DNA from: an uncultured Candidatus Saccharibacteria bacterium
GTDB lineage: Bacteria > Patescibacteriota > Saccharimonadia > Saccharimonadales > Saccharimonadaceae
Length of the DNA: 41,258 nt
Reading direction: 5' to 3'
Assembly: GCA_938049075.1 (NCBI GenBank)
Contig: CALICZ010000127.1
Span: 1-41,258 of the forward strand
Shown here: in pieces, positions 15,237-25,100 of the stretch
How the letters are laid out: the number at the start of each line of letters is the position of its first letter
Position numbering within the stretch: position 1 is the stretch's first letter
Notes under the pieces: generated by a model
The model's input: only the letters and a program-made list of their open reading frames with translations
What the model was told of the DNA's origin: nothing
The model's database searches: none
Program-made: the position numbers and the translations under genes

Positions 15237-16170
15237 CTTGCCAACCATATTCTCTGAGTCGGAATTTAAGGCCGTCATGGCCAAGACCGGTATGACAGCA
15301 GAGAACATGGATCAACTTATCAAAGCCTACGGTGCACCGTTCGAGGAGATCGGCGAAGCCCTGGCTACCTACCAAAATATTAAGGTCACTGATGCCAAGC
15401 AGGTAGATGTGATGAAGCAGGCTCGCCAGGAGCGCCTGAAGTTTAAAGCCTTCCGTGTGGCCATTAAGAAGCGTCACGATGAGCTGAAGGCTGGCATCCT
15501 CTCACGAGGCCAGGCTATCGACTACATCAACCGCACTGTCGCTAACGAGGTCAAGAAAGCCGAGGAATACCTACAAGAGCAAGAGGAATTCCTGGAGCGC
15601 CTCCGCGAGAAGCTACGCAAGGAACTCATCGAGGAGCGTACAGCTGCTGCCATGGCTGTCACCACTGAAGACATTCGGATGTATACACAGACGTTTGCAG
15701 ACATGACGGAGGGTGAGTTTGTCGACTTCCTGAACGGCCTCAAGGAAAAAGAAGAGGAGCGTAAGGCAGAGGAAGAGCGCAAGAAAAAGCAAGCCGAGGA
15801 GGATGCAAAGACTGCCCAACGTCTCCGTGAGGAACAAGAGGCCCGCCGCCTCGCTCAACTAGAACTTGCCAAGAGCCAAGCCGCTGCCCTTAAAGCCCAG
15901 CAAGAACTTGCCGAGAAGCGACGCCAGGAGGAAGAGGCAAAGGCTGAGGAAGAGCGCAAGGCACGAATGGAAGCCCAGCGTAAAGCTGATGAGGAGCGCC
16001 GCCAAGCCCTGCTACCTGATCGCAATAAGATCCTGGAGGCCATCGCCAAGATCGATTGGGATCGCCCAGAAATGACGACAGAGGAAGGTAAACAATTCGC
16101 CGGTGAACTGTTCGACGCACTACATAAATTCAAGCAGGCTTGGTCTGAGAAGGCTGATCAGGTGCTTTAA
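15226..16170 (+). CDS. Long coiled-coil protein (DUF1351-like)
   Basis: 314 aa. RVAIKKRHDELK...GQAID pattern followed by an E/R/K-rich helix. Confidence 0.7.
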   Translation: MSNNLPTIFSESEFKAVMAKTGMTAENMDQLIKAYGAPFEEIGEALATYQNIKVTDAKQVDVMKQARQERLKFKAFRVAIKKRHDELKAGILSRGQAIDYINRTVANEVKKAEEYLQEQEEFLERLREKLRKELIEERTAAAMAVTTEDIRMYTQTFADMTEGEFVDFLNGLKEKEEERKAEEERKKKQAEEDAKTAQRLREEQEARRLAQLELAKSQAAALKAQQELAEKRRQEEEAKAEEERKARMEAQRKADEERRQALLPDRNKILEAIAKIDWDRPEMTTEEGKQFAGELFDALHKFKQAWSEKADQVL

Positions 16171-16174
16171 CAAT

Positions 16175-16375
16175 ATGCCAGGCGGAACTAACACTGAGAT
16201 AGAGATGAGGCGAAACTCTATCAGAAAGGGGATCGTGCAGGCGATGTTTAATCTATACCGATCGGCTGGATCAGTACCATACATGACTAATCTTGATAAA
16301 TATCGATTCAATAACGCGCTGGATGAGCTCCGATACAAAGCCAACCAAGCAATAGAACATCAAAATGAGAGGTAA
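16175..16375 (+). CDS. Hypothetical protein
   Basis: Operon context. Confidence 0.6.
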   Translation: MPGGTNTEIEMRRNSIRKGIVQAMFNLYRSAGSVPYMTNLDKYRFNNALDELRYKANQAIEHQNER

Positions 16376-16380
16376 AGACT

Positions 16381-16665
16381 ATGAACAAACTACGAGAACT
16401 ATACTACTCAAAGGGCCACGTGTTGTATTTCAGCTTGATAATTGCGTTCATGTTGTTTAGCTCTATCTGCGCAACTGTCGACGCGATGGAGTTGTACATG
16501 CGGACGGTGTCTATTATTGGGACGTTTCTCATCCCGGGTATTCTTTTAAACAAATTCTCTGATGCCCTATCTATAGCACTTGCACGCAAAGCAGTTAAAG
16601 AATTAGAGGAAAGCGGGGAGCTTGATGAAATATTCAAGAATGAAAAAGATACTCAAGGGCGATAA
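16381..16665 (+). CDS. Two-TM membrane protein
   Basis: GAGG RBS; two hydrophobic helices. Confidence 0.75.
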   Translation: MNKLRELYYSKGHVLYFSLIIAFMLFSSICATVDAMELYMRTVSIIGTFLIPGILLNKFSDALSIALARKAVKELEESGELDEIFKNEKDTQGR

Positions 16666-16873
16666 GTTCCACGTGATCTGTGACGAGTCGACAGTCAAGG
16701 TGTTCGATAAAGATGCAACGATGGTGGGTGTTGTGGACAACACAATACCCCACCTCATGAGCACAGACTACGACCGAACCTACTACCTTGACGACAAGAG
16801 GCGAGCCAAACTATTCGCCGCCATGTATGAATACTGTTCAACACCAATAGAATATAGGGAGATTAAAGGATGA
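16625..16873 (+). CDS. Hypothetical protein, paralog family (EY..TP...R)
   Basis: RAKLFAAMYEYCSTPIEYR, similar to ORFs 17313 and 17806. Confidence 0.75.
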   Translation: MKYSRMKKILKGDKFHVICDESTVKVFDKDATMVGVVDNTIPHLMSTDYDRTYYLDDKRRAKLFAAMYEYCSTPIEYREIKG

Positions 16874-17313
16874 ACTACAACACACCAAAACTAAATCAAG
16901 AAACTAACGACAAATGGGCGCAATTCGACACACTGAGTGATCACTTGCGCGGACACTGTAAACATCAAACGGAGGAAAGTATGAGCGAATATAAAAAACA
17001 TATCGGCCAGGGTAATGACATGATGGTAGACCAGCTGGCGTTACCACGTGATGTCTTCAAGGGTAATACGGTAGAGCCACATGACTGGAGCGCACCAGAG
17101 GTTGAGCCTGTCCAGCCTGCGATGTTTGAAATGCAAGAGGTGGTAGACGGCCTCCCAGAGAGTGAGCTACAAGCTTACAAAGATCAAATGCTTGCCGAGA
17201 TTAGCGACCGTGAAGCTATCGTGGACGCTATCAACCGACGGCTTGACACCGCACAGGCCAAGCAGTACACACGCGGTGTACGCAACGCAATCACTAAGCA
17301 GGTAAAGATGTAA
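16870..17313 (+). CDS. Hypothetical protein (possible second start at 16981)
   Basis: ATGA overlap with the upstream gene; GGAGG before the internal ATG 16981. Confidence 0.75.
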   Translation: MNYNTPKLNQETNDKWAQFDTLSDHLRGHCKHQTEESMSEYKKHIGQGNDMMVDQLALPRDVFKGNTVEPHDWSAPEVEPVQPAMFEMQEVVDGLPESELQAYKDQMLAEISDREAIVDAINRRLDTAQAKQYTRGVRNAITKQVKM

Positions 17314-17732
17314 TGACGCTTAGTGAATTTAAGGAACTAGCCCAAGCTGCCGGTTTTAAGGTTCGAAGGGGACAATATTGTGTCGACATCTCCATAGGTG
17401 GCGGGGCATGCGCCGGCGTATCACTCAAGAAATTCGCCAATGGGTGGATTGACTCTAGCGAGATCGAGAACGAAGTCACCCGCGCCGAATTGATCAGTCT
17501 TGTATCAGAGTTTGCAAACACACCTTTGACCGATCGATACAAGAAAGTGATTGCCAAGCACAAGAATGGTTCATATGTTAGGCAATTGACTGTTGTCATG
17601 ATGGGTAAGCCAGCTCTTGAAATCGAGATGACGAATGACATTAGAGAAGCTAACGATAACATCTCTGCCTGTGAGCGTGATTGGCTTGATGACTTCTTTG
17701 GCGGCAAGATCAGTTACATAGAAGAATACTAG
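17313..17732 (+). CDS. Hypothetical protein, paralog family
   Basis: RAELISLVSEFANTPLTDR. Confidence 0.8.
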   Translation: MTLSEFKELAQAAGFKVRRGQYCVDISIGGGACAGVSLKKFANGWIDSSEIENEVTRAELISLVSEFANTPLTDRYKKVIAKHKNGSYVRQLTVVMMGKPALEIEMTNDIREANDNISACERDWLDDFFGGKISYIEEY

Positions 17733-17740
17733 TAACCCTC

Positions 17741-17802
17741 TTGTAAATACTCCTCTCTTTTGGTAAACTGAGAATGTATACCAAATAAAGAGAGGAGTAT
17801 TT
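17741..17802 (+). promoter_or_regulatory. Promoter overlapped by a 16-bp perfect inverted repeat
   Basis: TTGTAA-17 bp-(TGG)TAAACT. AAATACTCCTCTCTTT (17745-60) pairs with AAAGAGAGGAGTATTT (17787-802). Confidence 0.65.
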
Positions 17803-17805
17803 TAA

Positions 17806-18270
17806 ATGGTAAAATCATCAACTGAAGAGCCCATGAGATATCCCCAGTTCGTGAAGGCTATCAAGAACATGGGCTTTGATATAGACGTTGATCCTGAATG
17901 GATCTGCGTTACCAAGGATGAATACCTTGGGCTGACGACAGTGCTAGGAAAGGTAAGTCGCAAAGAACAGTATGTCGTATGGATCACCTCTAGTTTATCT
18001 ATCAACGAGAAGCAACGTCGCAAGCTGTGGTTCACGATGTGCCAGTTTGCTGCCACACATCCTAATGATCGTGCCCACAATGTCGTTCTGAAGGCCACAA
18101 TCAATGGCATTGATGTCTACATCAGAGAGTACTACCGGTCTACCAATAGCTATGTGCTCACTGATAAGTTTGTAAATGCTGATGTATTTCACACTGCTGA
18201 TGCCGGCAAGATATCAACCGACATCATGAATAGAACTGGTATATCGTTTGAGATAGAGGTTTTACAATGA
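17806..18270 (+). CDS. Hypothetical protein, paralog family
   Basis: RRKLWFTMCQFAATHPNDR; GAGGAG RBS. Confidence 0.8.
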   Translation: MVKSSTEEPMRYPQFVKAIKNMGFDIDVDPEWICVTKDEYLGLTTVLGKVSRKEQYVVWITSSLSINEKQRRKLWFTMCQFAATHPNDRAHNVVLKATINGIDVYIREYYRSTNSYVLTDKFVNADVFHTADAGKISTDIMNRTGISFEIEVLQ

Positions 18271-18428
18271 CGAAGTACAAGTTCAAAGTGTATACCGATC
18301 AAAACGACTTCAAGGAGTACACAGTCTATGCCAAGGATGGGGCAGACGCTATCGGTGAACTCGAGCGTCTTCTTGGTGTCGATGGCCATGATGGTACAGC
18401 TTATTATGTATATGCATTGGAGGATTAA
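18267..18428 (+). CDS. Small hypothetical protein, 53 aa
   Basis: GAGG RBS and ATGA overlap; MTKYKFKVYTDQNDFKEYTVYAK... Confidence 0.7.
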   Translation: MTKYKFKVYTDQNDFKEYTVYAKDGADAIGELERLLGVDGHDGTAYYVYALED

Positions 18429-18448
18429 AAAATAAAAGAGAAAAACTA

Positions 18449-18477
18449 TTGACATCTCTCTTTTGGCGTGATAGTAT
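18449..18477 (+). promoter_or_regulatory. Sigma70-type promoter
   Basis: TTGACA-17 bp-(TGA)TAGTAT. Confidence 0.75.
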
Positions 18478-18514
18478 GGATAGTAACAAACATAAGGAAT
18501 GAAAGGAGAACCGA

Positions 18515-18694
18515 ATGTTTGAAAAGCTAACTAATATTATCACGCCTTTTGCGTTGTCTCTTATTGTCATCGCTGGGCTTGCCCTTGTCGGCTACATGCC
18601 TGTTGCCGAGCGTAGTATACTAGGGTATGCGACCATCTTTGCAGCGTCGCTGCTCATTGTGGCACATGTCACTAAAGAGCTAAAGAAAAAATAA
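18515..18694 (+). CDS. Small two-TM membrane protein, 59 aa
   Basis: AAGGAG RBS; MFEKLTNIITPFALSLIVIAGLALVG...KELKKK (not in the ORF track). Confidence 0.75.
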   Translation: MFEKLTNIITPFALSLIVIAGLALVGYMPVAERSILGYATIFAASLLIVAHVTKELKKK

Positions 18695-18748
18695 TTAAAA
18701 CGAAGGAGGTTTAGTTCATACCTAACGTGTCCGTTACTGAACATTGTT

Positions 18749-19492
18749 ATGCGTAAACTAACCAAAACCACAGTCCAAGTTGCTGCAGTTGTAGCCCTCA
18801 CCGCAGGTCTCGTAGCAATGGCGACGCCAAGTAATAATAGTAAGATCAAGTACGATAGCCAGCAGAGCGCTTCAGAGGCCGCAGGATCGTCGAAAGCTCA
18901 CAAGATGGATAAGATATCATCTGAGCGGGAAAGGCTAGTCAAGGAGGCTAAGCGAAAGGCTGACGACAAGAAGAAGCGGGAAGCTGAGAAGGCCAAGCAA
19001 GAAACTGAAGCGAAAGCTAAGGCTGAGGAAGCTAAGAAGCAGCTCACCTGGCAGGACAATCCACAGAAATGTGATGAGAGCAAACAGTGGATTGCCGCAG
19101 ACGCACCTTTCAATTGTATCGACAAGCCACAGGCACAGCCTGCCCCTGCAAGGCCAGCACAGCCTGCTGCAGCTCCTGCCCCACAACGACAGGCAGTAGC
19201 AGCTGCACCAGCTGGTTGTCAGGCTATTGGTTCGATACTACTGGCTAACGGTATCTCGGCTGGTGACCTGCCATACGCCCTGAATATCGCACAGAAAGAA
19301 TCTGGTTGTAACCCGAATGCAGTCAACCCTAACGGTGGTGCATGTGCTTACTTTCAGGAGCTGCCGTGTGGTAAGTGGGGTGGTACTGGCAACATCGCTG
19401 GTCACATCCGTGGGGCTGATGCCTATGCAAAGGGCCGCTACGGCGGTTGGGCACAGGCCTGGGCTGCCTGGCAAGCTAAACGCTGGTGGTAG
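18749..19492 (+). CDS. Exported lytic transglycosylase (SLT/Rpf-like lysozyme fold)
   Basis: Signal/anchor peptide, charged coiled-coil stalk, Pro/Ala linker, then IAQKESGCNPNAVNP..GAC..FQ.LPC.K...YAKGRYGGW..AW..WQAKRWW. Confidence 0.85.
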   Translation: MRKLTKTTVQVAAVVALTAGLVAMATPSNNSKIKYDSQQSASEAAGSSKAHKMDKISSERERLVKEAKRKADDKKKREAEKAKQETEAKAKAEEAKKQLTWQDNPQKCDESKQWIAADAPFNCIDKPQAQPAPARPAQPAAAPAPQRQAVAAAPAGCQAIGSILLANGISAGDLPYALNIAQKESGCNPNAVNPNGGACAYFQELPCGKWGGTGNIAGHIRGADAYAKGRYGGWAQAWAAWQAKRWW

Positions 19493-19503
19493 CCACCAAT
19501 AAT

Positions 19504-19534
19504 AATACCCCTCCTGATCGAGGGGTATTTTTTT
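19504..19534 (+). terminator. Intrinsic terminator at the early/late convergence (likely bidirectional)
   Basis: AATACCCCTC-CTGATC-GAGGGGTATT followed by a T-run. Confidence 0.85.
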
Positions 19535-19568
19535 GTTTTCGGTGTTTGTGTCTATTAGTATTATAGCA

Positions 19569-20630
19569 CTACTGGCCGATATGGAACACGCGTTTTAGCA
19601 TATCCATCAAGCCCTTGAGGAGGTCTCGGACTTCAGTGAGAAGGGTGGTATCATCTGCCTTCTCCTCTTTTTTCTCTGGAGTCGTAGCCTCTTTTTCTGT
19701 TGCCTCAAGCGCTTTCTGGGAAGCTTCAGCACGAGCCCTTTCCTCAGCTTGTCGTTGCTTCATAGCCTGCAACTCTTTGTACTCGGCACTGTCGTACAAG
19801 TCTTGTGCGATCATACCGTAGTTCCAACCATTACGGAGCTGTGAGCGGTAGTGTTCTACACCATTGTCGTCTGCCTCGCGCTCTAAGATAGTGCGGTAGA
19901 GACGCTTAATCTCGTTAGTCTCTGACTCATATGCAGCGTTTAGTTCACGAGCTTTCTCTTTGGCTTCCTCAAGACGACGTGCAGCCACCTCTTTACCTTC
20001 TGCACTATTCATCAGGTCAGCCCGGATCTGATCCCAGTTCCAACCTGCATCAATCTGTGCAAGGTAGTGAGCGCGTCCACTGTCGTCTACATCGCGGCCA
20101 AGAACTTGGCGGTACATATCATTGAGGTAGTTGATCTCAGCTGTGCGGTCACGGTTCGCTGGTACGTACTCGATGTAGTTGCGTACACGGTAGGCTACGT
20201 ATGGGCCAACACGACGTGGGTCATTGATACTCGCCACGTCTGCAGCGTATACCAGATCACCAGCAGCATTGATCATGCTACGGCGTTGGCCCGTGTTGAA
20301 GTTCTGACCGAACGATGTGCCATCACCCATAGCGACCTCGATGTGGCCGTACTGGCCGCCATCGTATGGCCATACAAGGATGTCACCACGACGGACATCA
20401 CCAACACGATCAGCCAAGCCAGCGTTGACCAAGCTGTCACCAAAGTCTTTAGCATGACCACGAGCCATGAACGGGGCAGGAATATCCTTACAACATTCCT
20501 TTAGAAACCACTTAATCTCACTGACACATTGGCCTGTTAGATCGCCATCACGACCAGTACCGTCGGTGTCGGCAGGGAAAAAGATCCCAATACGTTTGCT
20601 TGCCCATTCCTGAGCGTTTTCTCCTAGCAC
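19569..20630 (-). CDS. Endolysin: CHAP amidase + two DUF4214-like repeats
   Basis: GQCVS...GHAKD...GDILVW...YGHIEV...QN, plus two Y..LGR..D..G..HY repeats. Follows the holin. Confidence 0.88.
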   Translation of the reverse strand: MLGENAQEWASKRIGIFFPADTDGTGRDGDLTGQCVSEIKWFLKECCKDIPAPFMARGHAKDFGDSLVNAGLADRVGDVRRGDILVWPYDGGQYGHIEVAMGDGTSFGQNFNTGQRRSMINAAGDLVYAADVASINDPRRVGPYVAYRVRNYIEYVPANRDRTAEINYLNDMYRQVLGRDVDDSGRAHYLAQIDAGWNWDQIRADLMNSAEGKEVAARRLEEAKEKARELNAAYESETNEIKRLYRTILEREADDNGVEHYRSQLRNGWNYGMIAQDLYDSAEYKELQAMKQRQAEERARAEASQKALEATEKEATTPEKKEEKADDTTLLTEVRDLLKGLMDMLKRVFHIGQ

Positions 20631-20881
20631 TATTTGTCCTCCTCTTTGATGTCTTTGTATACGTGTTCAACGATGTTGTATGCGTAGCTCACTGCACCTG
20701 CCCAGACTGGGAATAGGCCAACTGCCTGCAAGACACCAAGGTCAACTAGCTTTTGCTCGAGCCCTGGGGTATTCAGCACTGCGAGGACGGCAGGGAATAA
20801 TGCAATCGCAACCTGCAAGGCGGTACGCACAGCGCGACCAATACGAGTGTTTTTGCTAATAAATGGTTTTAAAAGTTCCAT
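20630..20881 (-). CDS. Holin
   Basis: RAVRTALQ motif, two TM segments, charged tail; adjacent to the lysin. Confidence 0.75.
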   Translation of the reverse strand: MELLKPFISKNTRIGRAVRTALQVAIALFPAVLAVLNTPGLEQKLVDLGVLQAVGLFPVWAGAVSYAYNIVEHVYKDIKEEDK

Positions 20882-20904
20882 GAGAAACCTCCTAGTTATG
20901 TTTA

Positions 20905-21246
20905 TTAGTGGAAGAACTTATCAATTCCGTATTGTGCAAGTAGCATCATTACGAGACCACAGGCGACAATGTAGGTGATGTTCTTATAGAGCTTCACCTC
21001 ATCACCTTCCTTAGCCTCTTGCTTTTGCTCAACACGACTGATACGCTGCTCAAAATCTTGGTGGATGCGGTGTGCGTCTGCCATTTCATAGTCTAGTTCC
21101 TTACGCACCACTGCAGCCCCAATGTGTTTGTTGATCATGTCCTTTATCTCATTAATGTCATCGCGAAGATAACCAATGTGGATGCCAACCTCCTTAACTG
21201 TTGTGGGTACTCCACCGTTTTGATCGTCAGGCATTCTCTTACTCAT
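20905..21246 (-). CDS. Lysis-module coiled-coil protein with C-terminal TM
   Basis: Coiled coil plus terminal hydrophobic helix, upstream of the holin. Confidence 0.7.
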   Translation of the reverse strand: MSKRMPDDQNGGVPTTVKEVGIHIGYLRDDINEIKDMINKHIGAAVVRKELDYEMADAHRIHQDFEQRISRVEQKQEAKEGDEVKLYKNITYIVACGLVMMLLAQYGIDKFFH

Positions 21247-21273
21247 TATATTTTGTATCCGATCAATTATACA

Positions 21274-22179
21274 CTATTCACTCCACCGTGTGTACCACAA
21301 TGTAGCGTGGGCTGTACCAGCTGTTTTGGTATTGTATGCCAGCACACGGTTGTTACCAGACAACACAGCCAGCTTGGCCTGGAAGTACTGCAATGATGGG
21401 GCTGATGGGTTGGTGTAGCCATTGGGGTAACGCTCACCGCTTGTGGTATTCACAGCTGATTCAAAATTGATGAGGGTGTCAATCTTATCAAAGATATCAT
21501 CCTTGAACGATTGCTCGACACCGCTACCATTCGTCTGCCATTCTAGAGTCTTCTTATATATAGGCTTATTGTCGTGCCAGTATTGCCCTGTGAACTGTTC
21601 AACCTTACTGTAGTTCACTAGGCCGGGGTACATATTATGTGGGTTCAAGGCGTATAGTTGACGCAGGTCGTCAACATGAGTGACACGAGAGCTATCTGTA
21701 GTCACACGAGCTAGCAGGCTAGTGCCAGCCACAGATGGTGGAATACCTGACTTAAGAGGCTTAGCATTGTAGTTCATTGTACCGTTCGAGTTCACATACA
21801 CATATGTGTCACGGTTTTGTTGAAACTCCTTGCTTGAGATGGCTTGTACATCAAGAAACTTACCGGTTGATGCAAAGTACTTACCTGCTGTCATCGAGGC
21901 ATTAAGGCCGTTGAGAGGGCTCCAGATCATACCCTCGACAACAAAGTAGATCTTAGCGTCCTTACGGAACTTCTCAGCATTTGCTGCATCCTCGAGTGAT
22001 GTAGATGGAATACGGTTGTTAGTGTCGCTCATAACTGTCCAGTTCAAGCTACCAGGCTTGATGTTCTGGAGATCCAGCTGGCCATTGAGCAATGACACAA
22101 TCTGGTTGAATGGCACATTGACGTCAGAAGCGTCAATGCTTTCGCCATCGTTCGGTAGTGGTGGTGAAATTGTTGGCAT
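21274..22179 (-). CDS. Tail fibre / receptor-binding protein
   Basis: N-terminal IDASDVNVPFNQI anchor; C-terminal YS..EQ.TG.YW...PIYKKT...YT tip domain. Confidence 0.8.
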   Translation of the reverse strand: MPTISPPLPNDGESIDASDVNVPFNQIVSLLNGQLDLQNIKPGSLNWTVMSDTNNRIPSTSLEDAANAEKFRKDAKIYFVVEGMIWSPLNGLNASMTAGKYFASTGKFLDVQAISSKEFQQNRDTYVYVNSNGTMNYNAKPLKSGIPPSVAGTSLLARVTTDSSRVTHVDDLRQLYALNPHNMYPGLVNYSKVEQFTGQYWHDNKPIYKKTLEWQTNGSGVEQSFKDDIFDKIDTLINFESAVNTTSGERYPNGYTNPSAPSLQYFQAKLAVLSGNNRVLAYNTKTAGTAHATLWYTRWSE

Positions 22180-22182
22180 TGT

Positions 22183-25100
22183 TTATTTTTTCCTTGCTTG
22201 TTTGGCTCTCGCCTTAAATGATTTAACGCTGGTCGACAGGTACAATTTATTGATCTTGTCGTTCCAGCTGTCGTCATATCCAGCCGAGTCGGCGTGATCA
22301 TGCATGAAGCTGCTGAACCGCTTGGCTATAGTTTCATTATACTCGTTAGCCCGGCGTTTCGCTTCATTTATCTTGCCTTGCTGGATAAGACTTGTGACCT
22401 GCTCAGAGGCCTTCTTACGAGCGTTAGAGGCTGGGTTGTATGCATCATAGAACGCAGTGGTTGCAGCCCCTCCAGCAGCCCCAGAAAACCGTCTCGTGAT
22501 AGACCTGTCCATACTACGACCGCCAGCCCACTCATCATCTGCCCCTGCTAGACGATCAGCTGCATGCTGGATGTTAGTGCCAAGCTCGCCGAACTGGCCC
22601 TTGATGAAGTGGTCAATGTGCTTAGGAGCGACACCAAGCTGGTTAGCTAGGGCAGAACCTAAGAGACTCTTCTGTTTGCTTGTCTGCTCTTCTAGAGGGT
22701 TCTCTGCTAGCTTGTCAGATACAATGTCACGCCCTGTATACATATCCTTGTTGAGAGCTGCCTCAAGAGCAGGCTTCACAGCCACAGGGACAACAGAGCC
22801 AGCAGTGCTTAGGAGGTCAAACTTACCGTCCCTACTAAACTTTACAGGCCCTTGGTCGCTAGCAAAGTCCATTGCTAGGCCGCCGCCATTCTCCTTGAGG
22901 AAGTCTGATAGATCCTTGCCGGTAGCGTGCTGGTATTCCATGAACTTACGCACAGGCTCTACAAACGCACCCACACCAGCAGGTTTCTTCACCTTGATGA
23001 CCCCCTCGTATGAGCCGTCCTCCTTCTTGTGGGCACCAGGCATCACAATGATGAAGTTGTTTTGTTTCTCATACTCTGGGATGTCCTTGTAAACAGCAGC
23101 CCGGTCTTTGTCTGACAAGTTCCACGCAGTGGAGGCAACAGTAGGTGTACCAGCAATGGCAGCAATCTTCATAGAGGCAGACACTGGGTTGTCACGCAAG
23201 GTACGAGCCATTGCACGAGATCCCTGGATAGATGAGTTGAAGTAGGGGATGAACGCGTTTGCCACACGGCCAATCTCACCAGCCTCATTGAAGTCGATCG
23301 AGTTCTCACGAGAAGCTACCTTAGCATGAGACAACGCGGCACTCTCAGACATACCATCCTTGAGAGCTTTGTTGTACGTACCACGGAAGTTCTGGATACG
23401 AGTGATGTCCTCAGTCAAGCCAACAGCATCTTGGAATTTCTCCCATGCAGCTTTACCAGCCTTCATAGGGTTGATGTACTCTGATGTCTTCACCTTAGCC
23501 CGCTTAGCTACGTTGCTAATATCACCAAGTGCCTCCTTGGGATTCTTGGCCATCTCCTCGAGAGAACGACCACCCTTACCAGCGTTGTTGATCCAGTCAG
23601 ACACCTGGCCAGCTGCGTCCTTTTGCTTGCGGTAGATGTCGATCTCCTTACCGCCACTGTTGAACTTAGCATATTGCTCAAGGATCTGAGCGTCCTTCTT
23701 AGTGAGAGGCTTGCCTGCTGCCATCATAGTGGCCCGCATGAAGTTGATTGGGTTGTGGGTCGATAGAACATGCTTTGAGTTGATAGCTGATTCTACCTGG
23801 TCACCAATGAAGTTAGGAATAGCAAACCCTGGGTTCACACCTGTTGTCCCAGCCTTGAACATTTGGTTCGTCCTACGAGCAAACTCAGTGAGAGCGTTCA
23901 CATTCTGCTTGCCCCATCCATGAATAGCGTGAGCAATCTCTGGTGACGTCTGAACAATATTCTTCTCCCCATCCTTTAGGAATGAGAAAGTTGGAATGTC
24001 ACCAGTAGATGGGTTGGTCTTGATGCTGTTAGCGTCCCACCAGTTCTTACGGTTAGCTTCGTGCACTGTCTTGAGCTGGCCATTGAGAGTCTCAATGCGA
24101 TCAAGAAATGGCTGCATGTTCTTATCCCGTGTGGCAATCTTACGAGACAAACGACGTAGCTCAGTGGACGACATAGAGGTAAGGACGTCTGCCATCTGAC
24201 GGTCAGAGAATACCCCATTCGGGTTCTTCTTGGCAAGGTCATCAAGGTAGTCAACAGTCTCGTTCATCTTACGAGTGAGCTTGTCGCGCCCTTCAGCCTT
24301 CAATGCAGTGATTTCCTTACGTAGGTTGTTGGCCGCGTTCTTGTTTGTCCTCAAGGTACGATTAAGCTTGGCAGCAATCTGCTTACCTTCTGCCACCTTA
24401 GTGAGCAATGCTCGCTTCTCATTGATCATGTCAGTGGTACGGATGTACTTGCCTGCACCAGTCTGGCTTAGCATTTCACCAATCTCACTAGCTGCCTTGT
24501 TCCTTGTGGCCTCCAGGTGAGTGTTATTCACACGATCCATCATCACCTGTAGCGGTGATAGCTGCTCACCCTCTGCATGTTTGTCGAGCTTCTGGAGGGT
24601 TTCAGAGCTTGATAGTGACGCCTTACGGCTGCTTGTCGCCCCGCTATTAGGCTTCTCAGTGAGCCATTTAGGCTGCTCACGCTGCACACGGACATAGTCA
24701 AAGCCATCATTAGCCAGCTCATCATACTTGGTCTTAGAGATGAGCCCGTTGTCTAGACGGTTCTTGAGGTCATCCTTGTAGACATTAGTGAGAAGGTTGT
24801 ATTCCTTCTCGTAGTTGACGCCCTTGTCCTGGAGCTGCTGCCATCGCTTATTCAGATTATCAACCTTCTCTTTACTGAAGTCCTTCTTGCCAGCGTTCAT
24901 GAGGTCAAATTCAGAGCGTATCTTAGCATACTCATCAAACTCTTTAGAGACCTGCTCAGAGCTACCACTACGCATACCAATCTTAGTGTCAGCACCACTG
25001 CCACGGATACGGTGACCCTTACCAGCAGCTGCACGATCAAGCAGGCTCTGCGAGAGAGCTTGGGCGTTAGGGTTGTTCTCAAGCCATGAGGCTGCCTGTC

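Noticed and set aside
21274..22179. Diversity-generating retroelement or invertible tail-fibre cassette
   Set aside because: No reverse transcriptase, recombinase or second copy of the fibre tip was seen.
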